A stretch of DNA of 64,000 nt from Moniliella sp. 'wahieum' (GCA_003971905.1 RSEE01000014.1:124001-188000), one strand, 5' to 3'; numbered from the stretch's first letter, positions 39,325 through 52,492 are shown. The notes: generated from the letters alone by a model not told the origin. Numbers and translations: made by a program.

Positions 39325-39769
39325 GGGCAGCGTCCCGGCGGTCGCGGGCAGCCTTCCCAGCGTCCCGACACCCGCCGACGGAGGGAGCACCAGCCCGCCG
39401 TTTGAAATTGCAGATGGGCCACGGCCACCGGGCGGAATGGCACAGGGCCGTTCCGCCTGCGCCACACTCAGACGCAGTGCTGCCCCAGGCTAGCAGCCAG
39501 CAGCCCTGGGCTCGGCCGCCCCCTTCAACCGGTGGAGTTCTACAGCCAGGTCATACAGGCACTGTCGATGCAGATGTAGTATCCCCTCGCTGGTGGGCCA
39601 TCATCGCACGCCCATCGGCTGTCATTCTTGCTTTTTCTCCCGGCCCTTCCGACCCTCTACGACCACAGTAACGCATGTTGCGCTGCATGACGTGCTTATT
39701 ATCTTGATTCGAATTGCTTCCCCCCCCTCTCCCCCAATGCACTACTCTCTCGCACCTCCATGCCAGTGG

Positions 39770-41411
39770 CTATGTGCCTCGCATAGGCACTGCCTCGCCA
39801 TCTTCGCCATCCTCAAACGCACTCTCATCCAGCTCTGCTGCTGACTTGGCGCCCGTGTCAGGCCGGCCGCCACCCGATTGGCTGCCCGATCGGCTGCTCG
39901 GCCGCGACAAGCGTAGGAAACTGAAACGGCTCTTACTCTTGCTCCGCTCCGCTTGACGCCACTCCCGCCAGTGTCCCCCCCGACACGAGGTTGGTCAAGC
40001 CACTCAGCACACCGCTCGATGCTTTGGACGCAACACCGGAGCCAGCCTCCGAGTCACCCAGCTCATGTCCTTCCACCGTAGGACGGGCCATGGCCATCGA
40101 AGGTCGTCCGGATCTAGGTTCCGATACCGAGGGACGCCTACTGCCCGCTGGTGTCTGAGCTCGCGAGACGGACGTGGAAGGACCGGCGGAGCTCGCGGCC
40201 ACAGAAGCTGGCACAGGAGCGGCTTCTGCGGGTGCTTACCTTCCGCTTCTACGGCAGCGGGAGCAGGTCCCTCCTCCTCGTCCGACGTTTCGTCGTCGTC
40301 GGAGGACTCCAGTTCGTGGCGGTCGCGGCCTTGGCGTTGCACATGAACCAAACGGGTGGTGCGACCCGGTCTGGTCAGATGAGGCAGATGGTCCCGACCG
40401 TAATTGTGCTGCAGGCCAGCAATTAAGTTGGTCGAGTCGTCGTGCTGGTTGACAAGCCACGGATGCTCGAGGGCTTGCTTGGCCGTCAAGCGCTTGGTCC
40501 AGTCAATCGTGAGGCACAAACGGATAAAGTCGCGCGCGTCGAGACTGACTTTTCCCCAGTACTTTTCGTCAAAGCCGGCTGCATGCTCGAGCTGATCTTG
40601 GCGCAGTGCTTTGGGTGTGATGCCCTTGAAAGGCGGATAGCCTGTAATCATCACATACGCCACCACCCCTACGCTCCAAAGGTCCACCTCGGCACCGTAT
40701 TGGCTGTCGCCCAACACCTCGGGTGCAGAATAGGCAAACGACCCAGCCAGCGACGACATGAGTTCGCCCTTGGTGTTGAGCGCCTGGGCCACCCCAAAGT
40801 CAACCAGCACCACTTGGGCGTCCTCGGCCTTGGAACGGTAGAGGATATTATCAGGTTTAATGTCGCGATGGACAATGTTGCGCTCATGCAGGTACTCAAC
40901 AGCGCTCACCAGACACCGAATGTCCTGGACGACCTGGGCCTCGGTCAGCATCCCTGAATGGATCAGACGGTCGAGCATCAGACCACCGGTGGCCTCCTCC
41001 ATAACCATGTAGAACTGGGAGCAAACAAAGGGGGTCAGCAGGATGAGCACTGCGGCGCGGCAGGGAGACGTGAATAGCACCGCACCGCAAATGCAATGCC
41101 CACAATCCAATGCAATCCAATGCAACGGGGACCTACCTTGTCTTTGCTTTCAAAGTCATCATAGAGCTTGATGATGTTGGGGTGATCGCACTGTTTGAGC
41201 ACCTCTAACTCCTGTTCCACCAGATGGAGGTTGTCGCGGAGCAAACGTTTTGCGATAACCTTGATGGCCACCCCCATTGGAGGGTCATGTGCTTTCCAGT
41301 AGGCATGGCGGACAATACCAAACGTGCCCTCGCCGAGGATGGGCCCATGCGATACTGGCGGCGCTTGTGGAACGACTCGGGCTGGCCGAGGAGCTGGGAG
41401 AGGTGCACCAT
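39770..41411 (-). CDS. Calcium/calmodulin-dependent kinase family protein (Cmk1/2-like); intron 41015-41136
   Basis: GQPESFHKRRQY..LGEGTFG, VAIKVI, HPNIIKLYDDFESKDK|FY, HRDIKPDNIL, DFG and AGSFAYSAPE. The 3' end was reconstructed across indels. Confidence 0.9.
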
Positions 41412-42655
41412 TCTGACGGGGGACGGTCAGGCGGCGGGGTAGGGGCGGGGGCGACAAGGGGCAAGCGAGGGGGGTGGGGGGACAAAGAAGAAGGCGGGAA
41501 GGCGGCTCCGTCGAACGGGGCGGGACGCGTGGACAGCGGCCTGGGGTTGAAGGCCTGTACGGTACGTTGATAATCTGGTCGTTGATGCATGTTGGACGTT
41601 GGACGTTGAACGTTGAACGTTGAAGATCGAGATCAGGACTCCGCAGCCGCCGAGGGAGTTCGATCGATCATCGACCAGCCGACCCCAGCAGGGAACAGCA
41701 GGGGCGCAGCCAATGCGACGCGTGACGGCCACTCAGTACACGGACTGAGTCACCCAGTTGCTCCGACACACACAGGTTCGAGTATTGGGCGAGACGCGTG
41801 GCCCGTGCACACCCTCCCTTGGCCCGCCCTGCACGAGCCCGTCGGGAGCTGCTGAGAGCCCAGGCTGAGCAGGGCCAGATGACCAAGACGACGGGCATCC
41901 GTGCGTTTCTGACTTGAATGATGACCATGCGGACATTGGAATGACGCAGGTCTCGCATTCGACAAGGCACATCCCTATGCTGCACCCGGACATGCAGCTC
42001 TCCTCGTGGAGCATCGGGATGAATATGTAGTTGTGAGATGCTTGGTATGCAGCTTGCTTCAGCTAGCTTCAGCGCACAAACTTGACTGTCTGCGCCTATT
42101 CTTGGCCGTGGCAATGCGTCCGACAGTCCACATGCGATGCATCAGCCGATGGTTTGTAAACAAAAAACCCGAGTTACTGTTCAGAGCATTCTCTTTGTTT
42201 CTCGTCTGGTGTGGGCGCAGCGAAGCACATCTTCTTACCCGTACGGGGAAGGACGTCCAACCAATCCGAGCTTCCCGGCCTGGACACGCCACAGGGAGAT
42301 GCGTCCGCTTGGGCGTCCATGATGCTGGTGGCCTCTCTCGGGCGATGCATACGACAGCACCCATTGCAACACTATATATACGCACAGTTGCCGCACCAGC
42401 CTCTTCATGGCTGCATCATGCATCATGCATCGTACACGATGATAGGCTGCTCTGGTGCCGCATGGGGTGCAACGGGCACGGGGCGATTGGTCCAAACCAC
42501 GTGACCGCGAAACACACCGTTCCGCTCCTGGCGCCGTTCCGCTTTCGGCCTGTCGTCTTCGGGCGGCGGCAGCTTTGCGGGTGATGGGTTGGTCGCCCGG
42601 CGCGTCGACGAGCCTGCGTCGGTCTGCCCTTCCTACCGCCTCCCGTTCGCTCGCC

Positions 42656-43375
42656 ATGCCGCCAACCAAGCCCAAGGGCGGCCGCATGATGGCCCTCATC
42701 AACTACCGTCTCAAGGTTACCCTCACCGACGGCCGCTCCCTCGTCGGCCAGCTCCTCGCCTTTGACAGCCACATGAACCTTGTTCTTGCCGAGACGGATG
42801 AATTCCGCACGCTCAAGCGCGCCGCCCGCAAGGCCGCTGCCGCTGCCAAGTCCTCCTCCGCCGCCGCACTTGAGGACGACAAGGACTCTGACGACGACGA
42901 CCAGGTCCATGTCCCTATCCCGGAGCAGAAGCGTACGCTTGGTCTCATCATTCTCCGTGGCGAAGGCATCATCTCGCTTCAGGTCGTCGCGCCTCCGCCG
43001 GCCGACAAGCTTCCCGTCCCGCCTGCCATGGTGCCTGGTCCAGGCCAAGGGTTGCCAGCTGGCCGCGGAATGGGCATGCCCCCCATGCCTGCTGCTGTGC
43101 CTCCTGGTATGGCCGGTCGTCCCGTCCCCTATGGCCCGCCGCCGGGGATGATGCCTCCTGCTGGTCCGCCGCCTGGCATGCCCTTTGGTCCCCCCGGCAT
43201 GGCGGGTCGACCCCCCACTGGCCCGCCACCGGGGTTCCCTGCGCCTCCTGGTTTCCCTCCGGCTGGCTTCCGTCCTGGGTACGCCCCTTCCCCCCCTTTC
43301 GTTATTCGTTACCTCCTCCCAGCCACTGACGTTTGCGTTTGTTTGCGTTGCAGATTTGGCATGCCGCCGCAATAA
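42656..43375 (+). CDS. SMB1: Small nuclear ribonucleoprotein SmB; intron 43279-43353
   Basis: INYRLKVTLTDGRSLVGQLLAFDSHMNLVLAETDEFR, KRTLGLIILRGEGIISL and a Pro/Gly/Met-rich tail. Confidence 0.96.
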   Translation: MPPTKPKGGRMMALINYRLKVTLTDGRSLVGQLLAFDSHMNLVLAETDEFRTLKRAARKAAAAAKSSSAAALEDDKDSDDDDQVHVPIPEQKRTLGLIILRGEGIISLQVVAPPPADKLPVPPAMVPGPGQGLPAGRGMGMPPMPAAVPPGMAGRPVPYGPPPGMMPPAGPPPGMPFGPPGMAGRPPTGPPPGFPAPPGFPPAGFRPGYAPSPPFVIRYLLPATDVCVCLRCRFGMPPQ

Positions 43376-43797
43376 GCTATCGGTGCACCCATGCCCCGAC
43401 TGGTGCCCCCTTCGAATGTTATGACCCTGTCGGCTCAACTCGGAGATAGGCATGCTGTTCTTGGCCTACCTGGGTGGGAAATGGCACGTCGCTGTAGTTA
43501 CTAGTTACTAGTCAGTCGCCCGTTGGGCCTGTCATAGCCTTCGCGTTGCACTCGCCATGCGTGCCGACCGCGGTGGGAATTGCAAATCGAAGTAGGTCAA
43601 GCTTCAAGCCGCTCATGGAAAGGGGCGGCGGTATCCAAGCCATTTTAATCCGGTTTACACTACCCCTTCTAACATTCAGTACTGAGACTCAGTACTCAGT
43701 GCTGGCCTGTCTCTCTTCCCCCTCCTCCCCCCTCTTCCCTAAGCTTGAGCTTCCCCACCCTTGTCACCTTGTCACCTGCCACCAAACCACGAGGACG

Positions 43798-44531
43798 ATG
43801 CTGGCGGATGAAGCCGAGTTTGCGGCCGCGTGCCAAGTGTATCTTAGCTCCTTGCGCGCCCCTGCCCGCGCCCCGCTCGGCCTGCATACCTACGCCCAAG
43901 GGTGGCGATGGAAACAAGTCGAGCGGCCGTACCGAGCGCCGACGGGCTACCTCGTTCGCACGCTCGAGCTTCCTTGGCCCCAGGAGGACGACCAGGGTGC
44001 TCTCCCCCCTGATGATACCACTGCAGTGCAGGAAGAGGAGGATGAAGCTCGTTCGCACATGCCAACGGGACGTGGGGTACAGGTCACTCACTCCATCGTC
44101 TTTTCTCCCACATGGCGCGTTCCAGTCCTCTACTTTCACGCCTCGACTCACGGTACGTCCATTCTGTCGCGCCCAAGCTATCGCCTGCCGTGTCCTGCTG
44201 GTTCACTTCGTTGACTCTCCCCCCCCCCCCCACCCGCCTGCTGCCTAGATGGGGAGATCGAGCGACCACTGACGTTGGAGGAGATGCTTGCTTCCCCTGT
44301 CTTTGTTGCGCCACCCCGTTGACGACCGAGCCTGAGGCAGCTAGCTTTGCCGCCCTCTCTCAAACGGACCATCCCGTTACGGGGCTGCCCTGCTTTTACC
44401 TCCACCCGTGCCAGACGGCGGTACGAATGGAAGAGTTGCTAGCGCAGCTTCCGTCTGGGGCGGACACGAGTGCCTACTTACCTACGTTTTTGTCTCTGCA
44501 TGCGGCTACGCTCCAGCTGCGCGCGGGCTAA
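43798..44531 (+). CDS. ATG10: Autophagy E2-like enzyme Atg10; intron 44153-44248
   Basis: IVFSPTWRVPVLYF and SQTDHPVTGLPCFYLHPCQT (catalytic HPC). Confidence 0.9.
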
Positions 44532-44683
44532 CTACGCAGGCTGTTCGTCATTCCGCAAACCAGTTTTTTTGGGAGGCGGGGGGAGGAAAAGGGGAGGGGG
44601 GGGGAGGGGAGTACGTGGGAAACGGGCACGATACAGTAAGACAGGAAGGAAGGAGATGGGGGAGTGCAGTGACCTATGACGTA

Positions 44684-45831
44684 CTACGCCGACGCACCGA
44701 TATCGCCCTCGTCCAGATCCGGTTTCCCGTGTGCGTGGGTGAGTAGATCCGGAGGCGACTGTTCCTCCTGCTCCTGGCCCAGCAGGTCTGGTTCGTCCGC
44801 CGAGAAGAGGACCTGGGACTCGGACGGGATGGTGCCGAGGGAGCGGGAGGGGGCACCAGCACTTGCGCTGGGGGCTCCCGAGCGGGTAGTGCCAGTGCCA
44901 GGGGTAGGCGTGTTGGCCATTTTTTGGTCCAACGCCTTGAGTGCCATAGCTCGTCTCCGTTCCGCTTCGGCGCGCGGCGGGCCCGGTGCAAATGGCGTAT
45001 GCACCGCCGGCTCGACTCGAGATCGGTGTACTCCCACGGCTGGATGATGTGCAGACGAGTAAAGATGCCATGGGCCAGGTTGCTCACGATCCCAATCGGC
45101 GTGTGGAGAAGGGCGGGAACCAATTGACAAACGCAAACGTTTCGCTCCGATCGCCGCGAAACTGGCGGTATCGTTGTACTTGAAGAAACGCAGGTACACC
45201 CACGAAATCAGCCAGCCAAATTGGATTAGAATCCAAGGACTCATCAAGCCCACCAGGCACAGCACAGTGGAACAGGTGACATAGGCCATGGGCAGACTCT
45301 TGACTTGGAACGCAAGTCGGCCATTGAAAATCTGCACACGGTGTTCTGGAATGATCTGGGTAAAGCCGACGAGGAAGCCAGTTTGGAGCGCGGTCATGCC
45401 ATGGTACTGCGTGCCGTACATGATCCACTCGGTGCGCAGCACGACAAACTGAACAATGGCCAAGAACCAAGCAATGATGTTCGACCCCACCAGCACCACC
45501 ACGGCAAACTTGAGCAGCTCCACCCCACCCCACAGCTCTTCAAAGTAACGCGCCATGAGGGGGATGGAAACCAGTGAGGATGAGCTCCAGCCAGGAGGTT
45601 TCGCAAACGACGCAGTGAGCAGCGTCCAGGGGTACCAAAAGCTCGACCCGGGCACAATCACCAGCCAGGGGAAGGCGACCGCCGAATCGTCCTTGTGCCA
45701 GGAGATGGGTGGACTTCTTGGAACGTCACGCGGAGCAGGAAGAGGAAGACGCTGAAGCCAACGATGGCGGCGGTCAGGCCGCGCGTGGCGGGCGGCAAGT
45801 CGCTGAAGAAGGGGATGACGGGCAGGGGCAT
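44684..45831 (-). CDS. TMEM115/DUF1751 Golgi membrane protein
   Basis: VPGSSFWYPWTLLTASF, YFEELWGGVELLKF, FLVGFTQIIPEH, FGWLISWVYLRFF, GDRSETFAFVNWFP and AEAERRRAMALKALDQ. Confidence 0.9.
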
Positions 45832-46098
45832 GGCGGGGCGTGCCCACGGGACGGGGGCAGGGGAGGGGGGACGAAGGAAGCCCGACGACGAGGGGGCGGG
45901 AGGAGGAGCAAGGGACGACCGAGGCGGGTGGGTGGTGGTGGGGGCCGGGAGCGGGCGGGGCAGCAAAGCGACTGCGCAGAGGCTGCTTGGGCTGGACGAG
46001 GCCTGAGCGTTGGCCTGAACTGGGTGCTGCGTGCTGCGTGGCTTGCGCCCTGCCTCGCCCGCGCCTTCCGATCCTGCCCGCGCGGCCAACCACACGCC

Positions 46099-46147
46099 TG
46101 ACGTCAGCCGCGCCTCTGCGCGTCCACGTGGCGCTGACGTCAGCCGC
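46099..46147. promoter_or_regulatory. Tandem CRE sites (TGACGTCA x2) flanking CCACGTGG in the TMEM115 promoter
   Basis: CTGACGTCAGCCGC occurs twice (cores 46099-46106 and 46135-46142), with CCACGTGG at 46124-46131, about 270-310 bp upstream of the ATG. Confidence 0.4.
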
Positions 46148-46572
46148 AGCTGCCTTGCGCGCGTTTTCTTCTTGCCTCGCCTCGGAATTCTGAGTTGAGA
46201 AGGCAGAAATCAGACGTGCGCTGCGGGCCGACACGCTGCCAGCTGCCACCACCAGCTGCCGCCCCCACCATCCCCCCCCCTCCTGTATGGTATGTCTGCC
46301 CCTCCGCCCCCCCCCATGAGGATGATTACCTCTTCACACACAATATCCTCCGAGCCCTCTGGGCCATGTGGAATCTTTAGGTTCTGCAATGCTGAATCCC
46401 CTTCTTGGTTTTATGAACGCTGCCTACTGCGTTGCGAACTGGCACTGACTTCTATTTGCCCCCCCCCCCCTCCTCTCCTCTCGGTCTGGTTCTGCAGAGC
46501 ACAACAAGTAGCAAATGCATTGACGTTATTACCGCCTCCTTGCGCCGCCATGTGTGCTTCCGCCTTCAGCCT

Positions 46573-48080
46573 TCAGCGCCGACCATAGCGACTGGCCTTG
46601 ATGTAGAGCCAAGCAACGGTAGTGAACGCCGACAGGGAGAACCACGTAAAGGCATACGTGGCATGTTGGTTGCGGATCTCAATCACCTTGTTCTTACCTA
46701 GCGGATACCCCTCGGCCACGCGATGCAGCGCATCCACCATCGGCCCATCGTACACTTCCTCAAGGTAGATGGGCAGGATGCCCACGCCTTGCGTCACAGC
46801 CGGGTCGTGCGACGTTTCCCTCAGCCGCGCCGCCATGGCGCGCGGGTCAATCGAAAACCATTGGTTGCGCTGCGGTTCGTTGGCAGGCGTAAAGGTACTG
46901 GTGGGGTAGATCCGAGGCAGGAGCGTGACAATTGACACGTACTGCTTTTCGGACTGGTGGGCAGCGTCGTCAGACTTGGAACCATTGCCACGGAGCCATT
47001 GGGACCAGGTCTGTTTGCGGTCGATCTGGGCGGCAGAAGACGGCGTAAGTTGTTCCGGTGTGGCGTACAATCGACTGGGATCCAGAGCGCGTAAGACCTC
47101 AGTGGTGGCTTTGTTCTCTTCCGACACGACGTTCTTGACAAAGTGGTCCTCGGACACCCAGCCGCGATTGACGAGAACAGGCGGCATCTCGTTCCCTTGC
47201 TCGTCGACCCGGATAAAGGGGAGAACGACATTGTATCCCTTGATCGAGTCGCGCGACCGAGGCCCGACAAAGATCATTGGTCCCGTCGTGTCAAACCGTC
47301 CATGCACAGCCACCAGACGGAAACTAAAGTCATCCAACGCATTGAGATTGACGTTGCGCGGCAACTCGAGCGGATCATCCAACAACTTATCCTCCAATTC
47401 TTCAATCAAGTTCAACTTCCACTTGAGACGCCGTACTTGCCACACACCCAGACCAAACGTCACAAGCGGCACCAACGCCACAAGAATCGTCACGGGCGAT
47501 TGGTACCAACGCAACCGTGCCGGCCGATGACTGCCACTGTCATCCAACGAACCCCCTTCGGTGCGCTGGGTCTTGACCCGCTCCATCAACGCATCGTACG
47601 CCTCGGCAGCCTTGCTTCCGGGCGGGTACTTGAACGTAATGTCGGTCACATCGTTGTTGGGTTCAATCGGCCGCTTTTTGCGCTTGCGCACTTTCTTGGG
47701 GCCGCTCGGCCCGGCGGCAGCGGCAGCGGGCGCCGCACCGGCCCCGTCGGCCTCTTGGGGGACGGAACCGGAAGAAGGGGAATCAGTCGGGGCGTTCGAC
47801 TCGTCGGCAGCAGGGGTGCGAGGCAAGCGCGACTCGGCATCTTCGTTCGGTTGCTCAGGCCGCGGCGCAACAGCTACCGAGGTCGAGTGGAGCGAGCGCG
47901 CGCTCGGTCCGCACCGCCCAGGGGAAGAGCAAGACAGCGTGCGCGAGCCAGTGCGGGCACTGCTGCACAACACGCCCAGGATCGACGCGCAGCCAGAGCC
48001 GAGGGCGAGACAGCGCAGACGGCTGACCGGCCGAGACTGAGGCTCCCGGCGCCGCCCAGACGTACGAGCGCGACGGGCAT
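46573..48080 (-). CDS. SHY1: SURF1/Shy1 cytochrome c oxidase assembly factor
   Basis: TFGLGVWQVRRLKWK, FVGPR, VLVNRGWV and RNQHATYAFTWFSLS, with a basic Ser/Arg-rich presequence-like N-terminus. Confidence 0.95.
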
Positions 48081-48472
48081 GGTCGATGAATCTGAGAGCT
48101 GGCTAGCTGGTTGCTGAGGCTCAGCGCTCAGTCGGTGAGAGGGAGTTACTTAGTGAGCACTCCGATTAAGTGAGCCTCACTTGCCTTCCCGAGGAAGGCG
48201 TCGCACCGAATGTCGGCTGAAGCCGCAGACTGGGATTGAATATTGAGATTGATACACCCAAAGTTGCTGCTACTTTGCCCTTTGGCGCTCCCAGCGCCCA
48301 CCCCACCCACACCGCCCCAGTTCCGCAGCGGACTGAACCGTCGACAAGCGCTGCGTGCTATGCCTCGTTCCCTTGGTTTTGGTCGGTCGGGGGGGCTACG
48401 TCCACGCTCACGCGCTCACTGGGATGACTTCGAACACTAATATTGGGTTCGTTGGGTTGGAAGTAAAAAAAA

Positions 48473-48562
48473 TTCCCCGACCGGGAGTCGAACCCGGGTC
48501 TTGACGGTTCCCTGCTTTCAAGCAGTGAGAGCGTCACATCATAGCCGTTGGACCATCGAGAC
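48473..48562 (-). tRNA. tRNA-Glu(CTC), second copy, with 18-nt intron (48508-48525)
   Basis: Exons are identical to the copy at 1604-1693 except for one missing C in the 5' acceptor strand (probable indel error). A T-run terminator follows immediately. Confidence 0.9.
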
Positions 48563-49765
48563 AAGGGTACACGTTGTACAATCCACATAACACAGCCCAC
48601 CACTCACTGTTGCTAGTTACGCCAAACCGCCAAACCGCCACTTTCTCTCCACCCTCCACCACGTCCAGGCCCAACCTCCCGTCCTCCCGTGTCGCCATTG
48701 TGGCTAGGGGCCGACTCAATCGCTCGAGTCGCGGAAGCGAGAGGCGAATCCCGTGGCAACGGCGGGACCGTACGGGAAACAATGAACCCCTTCCCCTGGC
48801 ACGTGAGAAGGCGACGGGATGAGCAAAAGACATCGATTCAGCAAAGGGACGCGACGCGACGCGCTGGGTCGTTCAACTTACGGGTGGATAGAATAACTAT
48901 CGCAATGCGGAACGGAAGCTTGCGTAGGCAGTACTCAGTACTCGGTTCAAGAAGGGATTCTGGATTGCGCATGCCGTATGCCGTAGAGCCAGGTCTCATC
49001 CTGAGGCCTCAGACTGAGGTTTGATCGGGTCGGGGGTAGATCGTAAGGACAATTGGGACAATTGGGACGATAGGGACGATAGGGACGAGCAAGCCAGCCT
49101 CCCATGTCTACCCGTCGCGTTGGTGCAGCACAGAGGAACGTAGCATGTCCGACGAAACCAAGATACCAGGGTCAGCAAGGGGTCTACTACTACGCCAGCG
49201 CAGCGGCACGGGCCTTGACAGTCAGTCCTGTTGGGCAGACGATGCGCCGTCCCATGCGGGACTTCAGTACTCAGTGGCACACAACCTTGTCTCGCTCCTT
49301 GTGTCTATACACCTCGGCTACATCGATCTGTTCTTAGCGCCAAGCGTCAAGCGCCAAGAGCCTAGCTTTGGAGCTATGGTACGTACTGCACTTTACACTT
49401 GGTCCTACATGAGCGCTGAGCAGGTGGGGGAGAAATGGGCACCGAGAGCCAAGTTGGGAGGGTAGGGAGGGAGGCGCCGCTCCTAAAGGAGTGTAAGGCG
49501 TGCTGCGAGACAGAGAGAGGGGAAGGAGGGAAGGAGGGAAGGAGAGGGTGGAGGAGGCGTGAGGGAGAGGGAGAGGCAGAGGCAGAGGGTGAGGGAGAGA
49601 GGGGACAAAAGCAGGACAAAAGGAGAGAAGAGGGAGAGAAACTTGATAATTAAAAAGTGTGCGCATTGTCAATGCGCTCCTCGGTCTCCACCCTCCACCC
49701 TCCGACCTCCAACCTCGCTCCTCGCTCCTCGCTCCTCGCTCCTCGTTTCCACGTTTCCATGCACC

Positions 49766-51761
49766 TCATTCATCGGGTGCAATACGTTCGTGCTCCAGAT
49801 GCGGGCATTAAAGTCGCCGGAACCAGTGGCAAACAGCTGTCCAGCAGGAGACACGTGGATAGCAATGACGGAATTTTTGTGGCCATGCAAAACGAATTGA
49901 GCTTCGCCCGTGCTCGGGCGCCAAAACTGCACCGCCCGGTCCTTGGAACCCGACACGACCCATTCCGCATCAGGCGAACACGAAACGGACAAAACGTAGT
50001 CCCGATGCCCTTCAAACGTAGTCACGCTCGTCTCGCTCGGTCGCTCCACCAACGTCGACGATTCTTCCCGTCCCGGCGTTGGAGGCGGTAAGTTGGCCCC
50101 ACCCAGTACCTTGCCCAGCGTCGCACTCAAATCCCACTTTTTGATCGTCTTGTCCAAAGAACCCGAAACGAGGTAGGACCCATCGGGCGCAAACGCCACC
50201 GAGTAGATAGAGTCCGTGTGGCCCGGCAACGACTCGACTTGCCGCGCCGTCGTAGCGTCCCAAACGCGCACAACCGAGTCGAGCGAACCAGCGGCCACGA
50301 GACGGGAAGAAGGGTGGATGGACACACTCGTCACGCCATGATCCAGATCGGGCTGCTCGTTGTTGGGATCAATGTAACACGTGTGGCGTAACGTGCCCTT
50401 GTCCGTATCCCAGATTCGTACCGTCCGATCGCCCGAACCCGAGGCTAGCAACGCGCCATCGGTTGACCAGTCCAGCGAGTAAATTTCCTGCTTGTGGCCT
50501 TGCAGCAGATGCACCATCTTGCCCTTCTCAATGTCCCAGATGCGCACATGCTTTCCTCGGCGCCAGTAGCCAGCGAGGTGCCATCGGGAGAGAAACAAAC
50601 CGAGCGGATAGAGGTCGCCATTGGGCGCATACGGGTGCGGAAGCTCCGCGACCTTGGCACCAGTCTTGGTCTCGTAATCTGCGCTTTGCGGTTGCACCCG
50701 GTTGCCAGCAGCTTGCCATCGGGAGAAAAGCGGACACAGCACACCACCGACTCGTGCATCAGCGTCTGCATCAAATTCACGTCCAACACGCTTGGTGTTG
50801 GGATTGAAATCGCAAGCCAATCACTACCTTCGGTCTTGAGCTCTTTTGGCACATCGTCCGGGTCGAGATCGCTAACTTGGCCAGGGCGCGGTTGGCTTCG
50901 GCAGCCGCGTTGGCCGCGGCATTTTTGGGCGCCTCGACGGGCCGAGCGGACTCTTCCCACCGGTGCAAGGGGACGCACGCGGAGATGCCGCGCCGGAGCG
51001 GGGCACCTCTTTTGCGTTCCTCAAACGCCGGCGGCTGCGGTGGCGCAGGCAGTTCGCGCTCGCCTGTCCAGTCACGGGCAGCGGCAGGTTCAGCCAAACG
51101 GATGCGCTTGCTATCGGGCGCCGCGTCGGTACGAGACGGCGCGTCGCGCACGACCCCACGCGGCGGCGGGGCGTGGTCCCACTCGGTCGCTGGCTTGGGG
51201 TACCGCCGTTCCTCGCGTTCCTGCAACGCGCGTTCTTCGGCGTCGGCGCCCTGGGCTTGGAGCTGCATGCGCAGACGGTAAATCTGGTCATCATAGCTGT
51301 GCGTGGGGAGGGTGAGCGAGGGAGGCAGGAGAGGGAGAGGGAGCGGGAACGTACTGGGCAGCCATGTCGGTGTGCCGTTTCTCGAGCTGGGCAAATGGAG
51401 GCGATCTCGTGGACCTCGTGGAGGGTTGGAGAGGATGGACTCGACCTGGTCGCGCTCGGCACGGGCGGCGGTACGTCCTGGTGGGCGAGGTTCGAACGTG
51501 CTGGATGCTGTCGACAGGACGGAGGCGAGGCGGGGGGGGTCGAGCGAGGGCGGGGGGCGAGGGGGGGTGGGGCCACGCACGGGGAGGGGGAAAGGGCCGG
51601 GGGGGGCGAGGGGCACGGCGGGCACGGCAGGCACGGCGGCGGCGGGAGGAGGCGCGGAGGGGGAGAGGAGGTCGGGGCGGGGGTCGCGGCATGGGGTGCG
51701 GGCGGACGAGACGCGCGGGCACTGCGCCGGGGCCCATGGGGGCGGCGAGCGGAGAGGGCAT
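49766..51761 (-). CDS. TUP1: Tup1/RCO-1 general transcriptional corepressor; intron 51297-51354; start approximate
   Basis: Tup_N-like helices (QLEKRH..YDDQIYRLR), KTEGSDWLAI, HESVVCCVRFSPDG, IRSVCFSPDG, GHKQEIYSLD, GHRDYVLSV, LHGHKNSVI and FATGSGD. Confidence 0.95.
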
Positions 51762-52492
51762 GGCGTGCGTTGGCGGGGGCGGGGGGGCAGGTGGTGGGGG
51801 GCGGCGGAAGCGAGGGCAGCGGCCAGCGTGTCGACGCAGCCCAGGCCGCGTCGGCCGGCAGCAGGCCAGCGCCCAGCAGCCCAGCAGCCAGCACAGCAGC
51901 GCAGCAGCGCTCTGCCGCCGTCGGCCGAGTCACGCCAGTGTCACGCGCCGCGTCACGCTCACGCGTCACGCCCCAGCACGCAGCACCTGGGGCGTGTCGG
52001 GGATGCGTGACGCATGGCGTGACATGCAGGGACACGCCATGCAGGAACGCCGGGAACGCGCTGGCACGCATGACCCCGTGCATGGTGCATGATGCAGATG
52101 CCGCCGCCGCGCCTGCGGGGAGATCCCCACTGGCCATGTGCGCCCTCCCGCCGCGGCCGCCGCACGGTCGGATGCGTTATCCCGCGTGACGCTGGCCGCG
52201 GGCGCAGGGGCAGTGTGGCGGGCGAGCAGCCGGCTGCTCGTTGGCCGCGAGTCACGCGTCACGCGTCACTTGGCACGTCACACGCACTGGGCGACGGGCA
52301 GTGGCCCTCAGGCCTCAGGACCCCAGTGACCAATCGCTGCGCCCAGCGAATCTGCCTGCACTGGGAATGCATGCTCACCGGTCCCCGATCCGTGGGCGCA
52401 CTGGGTGCGTTCCGCATGTTCCGCACCCAGTCCCCGGAGTTGCCGGAGTAATGCAAGCTTGGCTTATTAGCGCTTAGTCGAACCCTCGTCCC

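Noticed and set aside
48556..48562. Second tRNA-Glu as a pseudogene
   Set aside because: The only defect is CC to C in the acceptor stem, which matches the window-wide deletion error pattern.
49046..49090. 9-bp tandem repeat (GGGACAATT/GGGACGATA) as a CRISPR-like or regulatory array
   Set aside because: A simple minisatellite without spacers, in a eukaryotic context with no cas genes.
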